A stretch of 64,000 bases of DNA from positions 951-64,950 of the forward strand of contig CAZDUS010000002.1 in assembly GCA_964508705.1 (NCBI GenBank), read 5' to 3'. The translations under genes were made by a program, and so were the position numbers. Shown here in pieces: positions 37,192 to 48,300 of this stretch; positions within the stretch are counted from its first letter, which is position 1; each line of letters opens with the position of its first letter. This stretch comes from an uncultured Verrucomicrobiota bacterium (GTDB lineage Bacteria; Verrucomicrobiota; Kiritimatiellia; CAIKKV01; CAITUY01). The notes under the pieces were generated by a model. That model ran no database searches, was not told the origin of the DNA, and saw only the letters and a program-made list of their open reading frames with translations.

Positions 37192-38643
37192 ATGATCGTG
37201 CGTCCTGACTTTATTAAGACCATGTTTGTCCTAAATGTTGTTTGGCTGACTTGTTTCCCTGCGGCAGGCGAGCCTATCGGAGGGAAAGAGGTTGTCTTGT
37301 CCAGTCGAGCGGTGACAACCAGCGCATCAGGCAAGTTCGTGGTGACGGGACCCGATGCGATTTCCAATATGGCCTGGACGCGGTGGGCGGAAGAGACGCT
37401 TACACGGCTGGAGCGTTCCCTTGGTTTGAATTTCACTTTTCGGCGACGGGAACCGATAGAGATCCATCTGATTTCCGGGCGTGATGCGTCGGTGGTTCCC
37501 GAGTATGCGGCTCGTGTCAACAGCGGTTTTTTTCAGAGGGTGATTGTTGTCAATGTGGCTTTGCCATGTGATCAGGAAATTCTGGATGAATTACTTTGTC
37601 GGGCACTGATCACCGGTTATGTCCGGGATCGTTGCATGGGGAGAGTGGACGCGGTGATGCCGTCCATACCGGAATGGCTGACGATGGGGATTGCGCAGAA
37701 TCTGAGTCCTGAGCTCAGGAGGAGAAACCGGACCGTCGTTATGGGTTGGCGAGAAGACTCGACCTGCCCACGCCTGATGGATGCATTGAATTGGCAGAGG
37801 CTCCCTGCAGGGTGGCCGCGTTACCGGTCCTTCTGCGGAATGATGGTTCATTGGTTCGGCGCGGTCGCTGAGGTGTCCCTGTTAACCCCTCTTGAAGGAA
37901 AATCGCAGAGCATGGCAGGTGCGACAACGGATGCGTATGTCCGGATTCTTGATCAATTAGCGGACGAAGGCGCGGTGGCGCCAGTGTGGCTGGCGAGTGA
38001 GTTGACGCTGACGGGGACTGTGGAGGGAATGGAAAAAAGGTGGCAGGAGTGGCTTGGGACCCAGGGTAACATTATCCAGTCGTTTGGCGAGATTTCCTCG
38101 GACCTGATAGAGCGGCTGAGGGGCGAGCTTTCGCTTGAAGTGCTGCCGACAGGCAATGTCGCGATGGTGTCCTCGACGTGGTTGACTCCCAGTGAAGCGA
38201 TTGAGCGTCGGCGAGAGCCAGGCGTGTCGCTGGCCGCAGGAATCAAGGCGCAACGGATCAGGTTCCTGACGATTGGGAAGGCGGAGGAGTTGGTGAAGGC
38301 GGGGGAAATGTACGCGCAGTTTTTCGACGGTGTGGCAGTGGATAAGTGGAGCTGGACTTTGAGGCGCAATTTGCGTGGGGCGGAGAAGGAATTGGAAGCC
38401 TTGACGGACCTAACCCAGAAGCGTGAGGCCTATCTTGATGCGGTGGAACGCGAACAAAATGAGCGGTCATCGGCATGGAGGGTAGGTGAGTCAGGAAGGG
38501 AGCCAGTGCTTGATAAAGGCCGTCTTGAGCGTTATGTTGACGCGGCGGAAAAGAAGTATGATGTGACAGTTCAAGGCGAGAGCCGGGATGAGGGCCATGA
38601 CAGCAAAGAAAACAACACGGAAAACAACGGTGGGTGCCATTGA
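37192..38643 (+). CDS. Exported hypothetical protein, degenerate peptidase-MA-like
   Basis: Signal-like N-terminus. IPEWLTMGIAQ resembles PxWxxEGxA, but there is no HExxH. Confidence 0.55.
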   Translation: MIVRPDFIKTMFVLNVVWLTCFPAAGEPIGGKEVVLSSRAVTTSASGKFVVTGPDAISNMAWTRWAEETLTRLERSLGLNFTFRRREPIEIHLISGRDASVVPEYAARVNSGFFQRVIVVNVALPCDQEILDELLCRALITGYVRDRCMGRVDAVMPSIPEWLTMGIAQNLSPELRRRNRTVVMGWREDSTCPRLMDALNWQRLPAGWPRYRSFCGMMVHWFGAVAEVSLLTPLEGKSQSMAGATTDAYVRILDQLADEGAVAPVWLASELTLTGTVEGMEKRWQEWLGTQGNIIQSFGEISSDLIERLRGELSLEVLPTGNVAMVSSTWLTPSEAIERRREPGVSLAAGIKAQRIRFLTIGKAEELVKAGEMYAQFFDGVAVDKWSWTLRRNLRGAEKELEALTDLTQKREAYLDAVEREQNERSSAWRVGESGREPVLDKGRLERYVDAAEKKYDVTVQGESRDEGHDSKENNTENNGGCH

Positions 38644-39982
38644 TTCGATGGTGCTGGATTTCACGGCGGGCGATGATTTACGGCTGGATCAAGCGCTGAT
38701 TACGGTGGATTGCATCGGGTCTGCGGCCCATGTGACCATGCTATCCAAAATGCCCGTGCGTCCACGGTTGATCTCGGACCGCGACTGCAAGGCGGTCATT
38801 CGCGAGTTGGCGGCGATCATGAAGCGTGCTGAGGCTAACGAGTTTGTCATCGCGATTGATGATCAGGATGTGCATCTTGCGATTGAGCGTGTGTTGACAG
38901 CGACACTGGGTGATCTGGGGAAGAAGATCCACACGGGGCGTAGTCGCAATGACCAGGTGGCGGTTGATTTGCGTTTGTTCGCGCGGGAGCAGTTGCTGGG
39001 GATGGTTGGCGAAGCGCTGGAGTTGGCGTCGGTCATGACGCAGATGGGGCGGCGGCATGTCAAGGTGCCGATGGTCGGGCGGACGCATATGCAGCCGGCG
39101 ATGCCCAGTTCCGTCGGGCTTTGGGCGACGGCCCATGCGGAAAGCCTGTTGGACGATGTGGCTTTGCTAAAGTCCGTCTATGACATTAATGATCAGAGTC
39201 CGTTGGGTTCGGCGGCCAGCTATGGTGTTCCCTTGCCGCTCGATCGTGAGTTGACGGCGCGCCTGCTGGGGTTCAGCCGTCCGATTCATAATGTGCTTTA
39301 TGCCAACAACGCTCGCGGGAAGATGGAAGCGATGATCCTGGGCGCCTGCACGCAGGTGATGCTGTCATTGTCACGGTTGGCGCAGGATCTGATGCTCTTC
39401 ACGATGCCGGAGTTCGGATACTTCTCGTTGCCCGCGGAGTTTGGGACTGGGAGTAGCATCATGCCGCAGAAGAATAATCCTGATGTGGTGGAATTGGTGA
39501 GGGCGCGGGTTTCACGAGTGGTGGCCTGCGAACTGGCGGTGGTCGACATCTGCAAGTCCCTGCCGAGCGGATATAACCGGGACTTGCAGGACACGAAGGG
39601 TCCGTTCATGGAGGGGTTGGCCACCACGCGGGCCTGCCTGAGGAGTATGGCTCTGATGATGGCAAACACAACGGTCAATGAAGATGCGCTGGCTCGTGGA
39701 TTTTCCGCGGGTGTGTTTGCCACGGACAAGGCGTTGGAACTGGTGGGACGAGGAATGCCGTTCCGCGATGCGTATCAATATGTGAAGGATCATTTGGGTG
39801 AACTGCAAACGATGGACGCGCGTGAGGCCCTGGGTAAGAAAACGCATCTCGGAGCTACGGCAGGATTGGATTTCGGGGTTTATAAGCGTCGGTTGGAGGC
39901 GGAAGGACGCTGGCGGAAGGACTGTCTGGCGAAGCATGGCCGGGCCGTTTCAAAATTAATGGGGATTACCTACAAGGGATGA
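38597..39982 (+). CDS. argH: Argininosuccinate lyase
   Basis: HTGRSRNDQ, GRTHMQPA, GSSIMPQKNNPD, GYNRDLQ, PFRDAY. Confidence 0.95.
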   Translation: MTAKKTTRKTTVGAIDSMVLDFTAGDDLRLDQALITVDCIGSAAHVTMLSKMPVRPRLISDRDCKAVIRELAAIMKRAEANEFVIAIDDQDVHLAIERVLTATLGDLGKKIHTGRSRNDQVAVDLRLFAREQLLGMVGEALELASVMTQMGRRHVKVPMVGRTHMQPAMPSSVGLWATAHAESLLDDVALLKSVYDINDQSPLGSAASYGVPLPLDRELTARLLGFSRPIHNVLYANNARGKMEAMILGACTQVMLSLSRLAQDLMLFTMPEFGYFSLPAEFGTGSSIMPQKNNPDVVELVRARVSRVVACELAVVDICKSLPSGYNRDLQDTKGPFMEGLATTRACLRSMALMMANTTVNEDALARGFSAGVFATDKALELVGRGMPFRDAYQYVKDHLGELQTMDAREALGKKTHLGATAGLDFGVYKRRLEAEGRWRKDCLAKHGRAVSKLMGITYKG

Positions 39983-39998
39983 GCAAAAGGAGAGCACG

Positions 39999-40745
39999 AT
40001 GACTCAGAGACAAAAGATAGGTTGTTTGGTGATGATGGCGGCTATTGGAGCCATGACGGTTCTTGCGCAGGGGGCGGTGGAGGCCAAAGGTGATATGCTT
40101 GCCAACCAGCAAATATCGCTAATGGAGATGCTTAACCGGGGCGGCATTGTGATGATCGTGCTTGGCCTGATGTCGGTTCTGGGGTTGGCCCTTGTCATTT
40201 ACCTGTTTGTGAGCTTGCGTGACAGCCAGGTGGTGCCGGCGGCGCTCAGGGATGATGTGCTGGATAAGTTGGAGGCGGGAGAGTGGACGGATGCCAGGTC
40301 TGCCTGCGGGTACAGGCCTTGCGCGTTTTCCGAAGTGGCCGTAGCCGCGATTGATCATACGAAGGCGGCTGGCCAAGCCACGCCTGACCTGTTGAAGGAT
40401 GTCATTGAGGGGGAGGGGGGACGACAGGCGTTGATTATCCAGGGACAGACCCAGTATCTCTTTGATCTTGCGGTGCTGGCTCCGATGGTCGGGCTGTTGG
40501 GGACGGTGTTTGGTATGATTCACGCGTTCAATGCCGTGGCACTGGATCTTACCAAGGCCAAGCCGATGCTATTGGCGGCAGGAGTGGGCGAGGCGTTGGT
40601 TGCGACGGCGGCGGGATTGATTGTCGGCATTCCGACGATGGCCTTTTATGCCTATTTCCGGAACCGGTCGGCCCGGTTGATTGCAGGGCTGGAGGTGGCA
40701 TCCGGTCAGGTGATGAATCTGTTACTCAGCAAGAGGGGCAAATGA
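39999..40745 (+). CDS. MotA/TolQ/ExbB proton channel protein
   Basis: APMVGLLGTVFGMI and GVGEALVATAAGL. Confidence 0.92.
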   Translation: MTQRQKIGCLVMMAAIGAMTVLAQGAVEAKGDMLANQQISLMEMLNRGGIVMIVLGLMSVLGLALVIYLFVSLRDSQVVPAALRDDVLDKLEAGEWTDARSACGYRPCAFSEVAVAAIDHTKAAGQATPDLLKDVIEGEGGRQALIIQGQTQYLFDLAVLAPMVGLLGTVFGMIHAFNAVALDLTKAKPMLLAAGVGEALVATAAGLIVGIPTMAFYAYFRNRSARLIAGLEVASGQVMNLLLSKRGK

Positions 40746-41170
40746 ACTTCAGGGGAAAGCATCAGGCGAATCCGATTGCCTTTCAGATAGCGCCGATGGT
40801 GGATTTCCTGCTTGTCCTGCTTTGTTACTCGGTGATGAGCCAGATTTTCACGCAGTGGGAGGCGGAGATAGACGTCAAGTTGCCGACGGCTTCGACGGCG
40901 GAGATACAGCAGAGACTACCCGGTGAGATCATTCTTAACGTGATGAAAGACGGGGCCACGGTGGTGAACGGGCGGACATTGCGCGAGGCCGAATTGGATG
41001 TCTTGTTGCGCCGTCTGGTGGAGTTGTTTCCCGGGCAACCGGTGTTGATCAGGGCGGATCGTCAGACGGCGTATGAGCATGTCATCAGGGTTCTGGATCT
41101 TTGCCGCAAGGCGGATATATGGAACATCTCATTTGCGGCGGGCATTGGTGAAAAGAAATCCGGCACATGA
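40742..41170 (+). CDS. ExbD/TolR family protein
   Basis: IAPMVDFLLVLL (conserved TM Asp), VKLP.A, VLIRAD. Confidence 0.92.
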   Translation: MNFRGKHQANPIAFQIAPMVDFLLVLLCYSVMSQIFTQWEAEIDVKLPTASTAEIQQRLPGEIILNVMKDGATVVNGRTLREAELDVLLRRLVELFPGQPVLIRADRQTAYEHVIRVLDLCRKADIWNISFAAGIGEKKSGT

Positions 41171-43491
41171 AACGATACAGGCTTAGGCTCATGGCTTTGT
41201 GTCTGCTGTTGAGCGGCGGACTCATGTGGGGCGTGCAACCGCTCGAACAACTCCAATTCGCGGATGGTTTGTTTTCGCGTGGCTTGTGGGAAGTGGCGCT
41301 CAAGGAATATGAGACCTATCTGGCCGGGAAGCCGCAGGGTGAGGGTGCGATGCTTGACGCGGTGCATTACCGCATGGGCGAGTGCTGGCGCGAGCTTGGC
41401 AAAGTGGTTGAGGCGGAATCTGCCTATGCGCGCGCGTATGCGGAGTCGCCGTCCAGCGAGTATCATTTCCGGGCGGGATTGCGGCGCGCTGAACTGATGG
41501 ATGGAGCTGGGCGATTGCAGGACGGGGTGCAACTGCTGGATTCCATGCTGGAGCAGAAGCCGCCAGCCACCATTGGTGCGGCATGCCGTTACGCGTTGGG
41601 GAATGTGCATTTAAAGACAGGGTGCAACGTGGAGGCCGCGGAGTCGTTCGAGGCGGTGCTGAAGGATTATCCTGGCACTCCCTACGAGGGGTTTGCCGCA
41701 TTAGCGCTGGCGGGGCTGAGGCGGAACACGGCGGGCGAAAAGGAGTTGGAGGCTTTGTATTGGGTGGCGGCGTCGAACACGGCATCTGCAAGGGTGAGCG
41801 CCGAAGGCTGGTTCCAACTGGGCGACTATTATTTCCGGCAGAAGCGATTTGAGTCCAGTGCCAGGGCTTATGAAAGACTCGCCACGCTCCATCCTGCCGA
41901 TGAGCGGGTTGGGGAATCCCAGTTGCAGATGGCTTGGGCATTTCATTACGCGGGGTTGTATGCCGATGCGTTGCAGGTTTGTGACCGGATATTGGCGGCG
42001 GAAGGAAACAGGCGGGCGGAATGGCTTTACCTTAAGGCGAACAGTGAGCGCCAGCTTATGAAGAACGAGGCGGCGGTGAACACCTATGGTGCGATTTTAC
42101 AGAAGTATCCTCAGGTTGAACTGGTTGATTACGCGGCCTATGAGCGGGCCTTGACATTTTACAAGATGGGTGATTTCAGTAATGCCGTCCGGCAGGCCAG
42201 GTCGCTTCAGTTAACGGCGCGCATCAAGAAGGACGTGTATTGGTTGTTGGGCGAGTCCTGCGCGGCGGTGGGTGATGAGGCGGGAGCCGTGCAGTACTAC
42301 AGGTTGTTGACTACCGAGTTCCCTGATTCGGAGTTGGCGGCGGACGCGTTATACCGGCTTGGTCATTTGATGCAGAAACGAGGTGAGTTGCGGCAGGCGG
42401 CGGAGGTGTTTGGTCAGTTGGCTGACCAGTATCCAAAGCATGAGCTGGCGGCGCAGGCATTATTCGCAGAGGGATCCTGCCTGGGGCGCGCGAAGCAGAG
42501 TGAGGCGGCGGTCGCGGCGTGGGCCAAGCTGATCGAGAAATATCCGAGCAGTAAGTTTGTGGAGGAGTCGCTTTATCAGAAGGCGATGGTTGAGGTGGCG
42601 TTGCATAGGGATAAACAGGCGCGGAGCACGTTGAGGGACCTGTTGAAAAAGTACCCGACCACGAAATTCCTGGCCGACGCCCTGTTTTGGCAGGGTGTGT
42701 TGCTTGAGGAGGACGCCAAATTCGAGGAGGCGGAAAAGTCGTTCAGGAAGTCGTTGGAGTCCAAGCCGGGTCCGGAGTTGCAGTTAAAGTGCCAGTATCG
42801 ACTTGGGCTGGTCCTGCAGAGGCAGAGTAAGGATGAGGAGGCCGCGGGTATATATCAGGGGCTGTTGGGAACTTCGATGAAGACGCAATTCCGGCCAGAG
42901 TTGCTGGAGTGGTTGGCGGACTATCATCTTGGACGCAAACAATTTGCGCTGGCCGATGAAGTGGCGGACACGCTGATGGCGCAGGCGGGGTCGGATGCCT
43001 GGCGGCAGATAGCCTTGGTAATCAAGGGTAAGGCGGCGTTAGGGCAGGGGCGGCAGGTGACGGCACGCGAAGCATTTGAGGCGGCAGTCAAGATTGACAT
43101 CAAGGGCGCTGCCGCAGCGGAATCGCGGCTCAAGCTGGGTGACTTGCGATTGGCGGCTGGAGAGGTAATGGAAGCCAAGGGGGAATATGAGCAGGCGGCC
43201 GGGATGGCGGTGGCAGACACGTTACTATCCATTCGTGTGCATGCCTATGCGGGGATCGGCAAAGCGTTGCAGGCGCAGGGGAATCTGGATGGCGCGACGC
43301 GGTATTTTCTCAGTGTGGCGGTTTTGTTTGATGATCCCGTCCTGGTGCCTGAGTGCTTGAATGAGGCGGCGGACACGTTCGCCAAGCTTGGGCGCAAGGA
43401 TGAATGCGACAAGGTGGTTGCGGAGCTATTAGAGCGTTTTCCTGACAGTGAATGGGCGAAGAAACGCAAAAAGGCCAAACAAGGCGGATAG
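41167..43491 (+). CDS. Exported multi-TPR protein (CpoB/BamD-like repeats)
   Basis: Signal-like N-terminus. Many A-x-(Y/F)-x-(L/M)G helices with YP/FP-x-S turns. Confidence 0.85.
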   Translation: MKRYRLRLMALCLLLSGGLMWGVQPLEQLQFADGLFSRGLWEVALKEYETYLAGKPQGEGAMLDAVHYRMGECWRELGKVVEAESAYARAYAESPSSEYHFRAGLRRAELMDGAGRLQDGVQLLDSMLEQKPPATIGAACRYALGNVHLKTGCNVEAAESFEAVLKDYPGTPYEGFAALALAGLRRNTAGEKELEALYWVAASNTASARVSAEGWFQLGDYYFRQKRFESSARAYERLATLHPADERVGESQLQMAWAFHYAGLYADALQVCDRILAAEGNRRAEWLYLKANSERQLMKNEAAVNTYGAILQKYPQVELVDYAAYERALTFYKMGDFSNAVRQARSLQLTARIKKDVYWLLGESCAAVGDEAGAVQYYRLLTTEFPDSELAADALYRLGHLMQKRGELRQAAEVFGQLADQYPKHELAAQALFAEGSCLGRAKQSEAAVAAWAKLIEKYPSSKFVEESLYQKAMVEVALHRDKQARSTLRDLLKKYPTTKFLADALFWQGVLLEEDAKFEEAEKSFRKSLESKPGPELQLKCQYRLGLVLQRQSKDEEAAGIYQGLLGTSMKTQFRPELLEWLADYHLGRKQFALADEVADTLMAQAGSDAWRQIALVIKGKAALGQGRQVTAREAFEAAVKIDIKGAAAAESRLKLGDLRLAAGEVMEAKGEYEQAAGMAVADTLLSIRVHAYAGIGKALQAQGNLDGATRYFLSVAVLFDDPVLVPECLNEAADTFAKLGRKDECDKVVAELLERFPDSEWAKKRKKAKQGG

Positions 43492-43496
43492 GTATC

Positions 43497-45281
43497 ATGG
43501 TTCGACCCAACGTAAATTTTCAGAAACGAGCGGGCAACTCCGGTTCGATGATGGTATGGCGGAAACTGCATCGTCGCCATTTGCAATGGGCCATGCTGGC
43601 AGTGGTTATTTCACTGCTGTTGCATATCGGGATACTGCTGGCTTTTCCGCGATTGACGATTTACGGGGTGAATCGGGAACTGTTGATTGAGAAGGCGCGT
43701 GTGGCTATCCAGCTGCGTGATGTGCGAATCCAGCCTGAGCCGTTGGAGGTGGATAAACGACCGGCGCGGTTTCGTCCCGACGCGGCTCGGGGAACGGTGG
43801 CTGGGGATTCGGTCACGGAGTCCATGGCGTTTCGGAAGCCGGTTGATGAGGCGGAAGTGGAGCCGCGCAGGGCTGGAGTTGGTAGTCTGGCAGGCGAGGA
43901 GCGCGGGCTGGTGGAGCCGGAGGCGGTGGAGCGCCCGGTGTGGGAGCCCCGGCAGGAAGTGTTGAGTGTGCAGAGGCAGGTGGTGCGGGAAGAGAGGGCG
44001 GCCATACCGCGCCGATATGTTTCTTCGATTCCCCGGCAGGCGAATGCGGCTGATCTCGCCATGCCCGCGGATCGTGATGATATTGGCAAGGGGATCAGCG
44101 GCGAGGCAAATTATGATTTGATTGATGATCCCGCCAAGTTCAGTTGGGGGAGGGCTTCCGGAATGGGAGGGGGAGGAGTTGAGGTTAAAATCAAAGTAGA
44201 TGATCCAAGCCGCCTGTTTGACGAGAAGAAGCGGGTTTCTGTTCTTAAGGCGTTAGAGAAATATCTCAAGGCGGATGTCTATGTGTATCGGTCCCCGGTT
44301 GATTCCAAGTATGGTTATTGCCGCATTGAAGTGAAGCGGCGGACGGAGGAATTGTTGCCGGTGCTGGATAAGGATTTGCTTTTGGTGCAGGATGCCTCGG
44401 CGAGCATCACCGAGCAAAAGCTTTATTTCTGCAGGGAAGGGATGCTCAAGGCGTTGGAACTGCTGGGGCCGAATGATCGTTTCAATGTGGCGGAGTTTCG
44501 TGACGGCATCAAACTGTGTTTTCCCCAGTGGGCTTCGGTAACGCCCGAAAGTCTACAGGAGGCGTATGAGTTTATCAGTGGCATGAAGTCCGAGGGGGAG
44601 ACTGATATTTTTGGGTCCCTGAAAGAGTTGCTTGAATTACCCAGGAAAGAGGGTCGGCCTATTGTGGCGGTGGTTGTGAGCGACGGGGTGGCAACCGTGG
44701 GCATGACGGATCGGAGCCAGATTATTGAGGCGTTCAGCCAGGCGAACCTGGGGACTATATCGGTATTCACGATGGGGACGTATGCGGGGGCGCACGCCTA
44801 CCTGTTGGACTTGTTGAGTTATCGGAATCGCGGGGATACCCTGATTGTGAAAACAGGGCGCTGGGACATACCTTCTATTCTTGAGGGACGTGTTCGGGAA
44901 GTCAGCCGTCCGGTGCTTTCGGATGTTAGGTTCCGGTTTGCCGGCAAGGTGTGGTGCGAGGCCTATCCGGGGTTGACCAGCAATCTTTATCTCGATAGGC
45001 CGCTGGTTTTGTACGGGCGATTTCCGAAAGGTGCGCGACAGTTGATTTTCCAGGCGACAGGGCGGGCGGAGGAAATTCTATGCGACATGGTGTTCGATGT
45101 TGATCTGTCGCAAGCCTTGGATGGGGATAAGGACATCCGGACGCAGTGGGCCTGGCAGAAGGCGTATTCCCTGATTGGGGAACACACCAAAACCCGGCAA
45201 GATGAACTGATGGCGGAGCTCAAGCAACTCAGGAAGGATTACGGCATCAAGATTCCGTACCGGAATGAATTGACGAGGTAG
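43497..45281 (+). CDS. TonB-like anchored vWA-domain protein
   Basis: TM with S-x3-H (ISLLLHIG), P/E/R-rich linker, vWA MIDAS DASAS...T...SDG, VIT-vWA-like tail YP..TSNLYLDRPLVLYGRF. Confidence 0.75.
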   Translation: MVRPNVNFQKRAGNSGSMMVWRKLHRRHLQWAMLAVVISLLLHIGILLAFPRLTIYGVNRELLIEKARVAIQLRDVRIQPEPLEVDKRPARFRPDAARGTVAGDSVTESMAFRKPVDEAEVEPRRAGVGSLAGEERGLVEPEAVERPVWEPRQEVLSVQRQVVREERAAIPRRYVSSIPRQANAADLAMPADRDDIGKGISGEANYDLIDDPAKFSWGRASGMGGGGVEVKIKVDDPSRLFDEKKRVSVLKALEKYLKADVYVYRSPVDSKYGYCRIEVKRRTEELLPVLDKDLLLVQDASASITEQKLYFCREGMLKALELLGPNDRFNVAEFRDGIKLCFPQWASVTPESLQEAYEFISGMKSEGETDIFGSLKELLELPRKEGRPIVAVVVSDGVATVGMTDRSQIIEAFSQANLGTISVFTMGTYAGAHAYLLDLLSYRNRGDTLIVKTGRWDIPSILEGRVREVSRPVLSDVRFRFAGKVWCEAYPGLTSNLYLDRPLVLYGRFPKGARQLIFQATGRAEEILCDMVFDVDLSQALDGDKDIRTQWAWQKAYSLIGEHTKTRQDELMAELKQLRKDYGIKIPYRNELTR

Positions 45282-45310
45282 ATGTCCAGCGGGGATGAGA
45301 GTGAGCAAGC

Positions 45311-48300
45311 ATGATTATTAAACGAATTCTGTCGTGGCCGATGATTATAGCGCTGACGGTGTTGGCGGCGGGCGTGATCCTGATTGCGGTATGGCATGCT
45401 GACAGGGAATTGCGCGAAGGATTGCTACAGCAGTCGCAGTTGGTTTCAAAAGCTTTGAATGTTGAATATGTGATGGGACTGACAGGGACCAAGGCGGATT
45501 TGGAGAATCAGGCTTACCGGCGGATCAAAGAGCAGATCGTGGCTATATGTTCAGCGAGTGCTCGATATAGGTTTATTTACTTGATGGGTCGGAAACCTGA
45601 CGGGACTGTGGTGTTTCTTGCGGATAGCGAGGATGTTTCTTCCAGTGATTATTCACCACCAGGAGAGGTGTTTGAAAATCCCACACGTGAGTTTCTTGGC
45701 GTGTTCGATACAGGGGTGGCAATTACTGAAGGGATTGTCTCTGATCGATGGGGGTCATGGATGTCGGCGTTGGTGCCGATAATCAATCCGGCGAATGGCG
45801 CCGTCGTGGCGGTTTTGGGGGTAGATGTTAGGGCTGACGTGTGGCGGAGTGATGTGGCAGTCAAGGTGGCGTTGCCCGTAGGAGTGATGTTTTCCTTTCT
45901 GATTATGGCATTGGTGGGATTTGCGGCGGTTCGTCGTGTCAGTAGACAGCCGAGGCCGGTATTGCGGCGTCTATTGGCTCCTATCATGACGATTGTGTTG
46001 ATATTGACTTTGGGCTCTGGGTGGCTCTTGTTTAGACAGTATCAACAAAAAGTCAGAAGTGAAGTTGCGTGTCAGGTCCGCGATGCTTCTGAGAAATTTC
46101 GATTCATTCAAGAGCAGCAAGCGTCAGGGCTGTCCCTATTTGCAGGTGTCGTTGCCGTGGATCATGAGATGCCACGCGCTTTGTTTACTGGAGAGACCAA
46201 TTATCTATTGAAAGTCTGGATGCCTGTATTTAAAAAGTTAAGAGATGGTGGTGAATTATCTTATTTATCCTTTATAGACAGCAATCGAGTGTGTGTATTG
46301 AGGTGTCATCGACTTGATTTAAGAGGAGATGTGTTTGATAGATACACGATTCGAGAGTCAGAGCGGACCGGAAAAACTGTCGCAGGGTTGGAAATGGACT
46401 CTGCGGGGATGCTGACGTTGATGGTCGTGGCTCCGGTGGTTTTCGAGGGTCGGGTTGTTGGATATGTTGAGGTAGGCAAGAAGATCACAGATATTTTATG
46501 TGCCATGGAAGGGATGTCGGGGAGTCAGTTGGCAGTGACGGTTCGCAAGGAGTTTGTTGAACGAGATCAATGGGAATGCGAGATGCGCTCTCTCGGGCGG
46601 GATGCCATATGGGGCCGGCTATCCAACAGCGTGGTGACGGCGGCTTCGCAGGGGATTGTGAAGGATGCCGTTGCTGTTTTTGGCGATCATTCTGCGGACG
46701 GGGTTCATGTGCATCGCGAAACCAGACAAGAATTTGTCACTGATGGAAGATCATGGCGCGTGGCCGCTTTACCCTTTAATGATGCCTCGGGCAGGGAAGT
46801 TGGCGACCTGCTTGTTATGCGCGACATTACGGAAGCCAAGGCGGAGTTCACCAGATTGATTGGCGTTTTTGGAGGGAGTGGAGCACTATTAGTAATGGCT
46901 GTGATGGGCTTTGTTATGGTTCTTTTGTACCGCACCGACAAGGGTATTCGAGCCCAACAGGCAGATTTGGAAGCCAGCGAGGAGTCTTATCGCAATCAGT
47001 TCGCCAAGAATTCAGCGGTGATGCTGTTGACAGGGCCTGATGGAAAAATTTTGGATGCCAATGCCGCCGCCGAACAGTTTTATGGCTACAAGCGTGATCA
47101 GTTGCTGGCCATGAGTATTACGGATATCAATCCAATATCGTTGGAAGAAGTGAAGAATTACTTGAATGAGGTTCGGAAGGCGGAGCCAGGAAAGTTGTTT
47201 CAGTTCAAGCACCATTTAGTGGACGGTTCAGTGCGTGATGTTGAGGTTGCATCAAGCATTATTCAATTTGGGAGCATGCCGGCGATGATTTCCATTGTGC
47301 ATGACATTAGCGAGCGTAAGCGAGCGGAGGAAGCCCTGCGAGAGAGTGAAACCTTGCTCAATGAGGCAGGTGAGTTGGCCAAAGTAGGAGGATGGAAGCT
47401 GGACGTTGGCGTAAAAGAGGTTAGTTGGACAAGGGAGACCTACTTGATTCATGAAGTGCCAGAGGGGGAGCCTGTGGAATTAGGTAGGGCAGTGGAGTTT
47501 TATGACCCTGAAGATCGTCCGATTATTTCAGATGCTGTCAACAGGGCGCTGACGACCGGGGAATCGTTTGATCTGGAGTGCAGGCTGATTACGGCGAAGG
47601 GGAGGCGTCTGTGGGTTCGGGCTATGGGGCAAGCGGTCAAGATGGAAGGGAAAATCATCAGGGTCATAGGAACATTCCAAGATATTACGGAGGTTAAGCG
47701 AGATGAGGCTTACCGGCTCATGGAAAGCGATATTCTTCGAATCCTGAATGAATCAGTGGGCTTAAATGAGATGGGTGATTTTGACGACTGCATGAGGCGA
47801 GTGCTGGCGAAGATCAAGGGAAGGACAGGGTTTGATGCCGTGGGGATTCGCATTAAAGAAGGTGAAGACTTTCCATATTTTGCCCAGGACGGATTGTCGA
47901 AGGAATTTCTCGAGAAGGAGAATTCACTGGTTGAGCGAGGTGTTAATGGTGAAGTGTGCCGCGATAAGAATGGGAACTTGAGGCTGGAATGCACCTGTGG
48001 ATTAGTCATATCGGGCGCAGTAGACACGACAAATCCGTTTTTTACTCTTGGTGGCAGTTTCTGGGCAAATGACGCGTTTCCATTGCTGGGTCTGACCAGC
48101 GAGCAGGACCCGAGGTATCACCCCCGGAATGAATGTATTCACCAAGGGTATGCATCAGTGGCCTTGGTGCCAATCCGCGCAGGAGGGCAGATTGTAGGTT
48201 TGCTGCATTTCAATGATCGGCGGAAGGATTGCTTTACGCGAGCGACAATTGTGCAGTTCGAGAGTCTTGCGGCGCATATTGGCGAGGCGTTGATGAGGAA

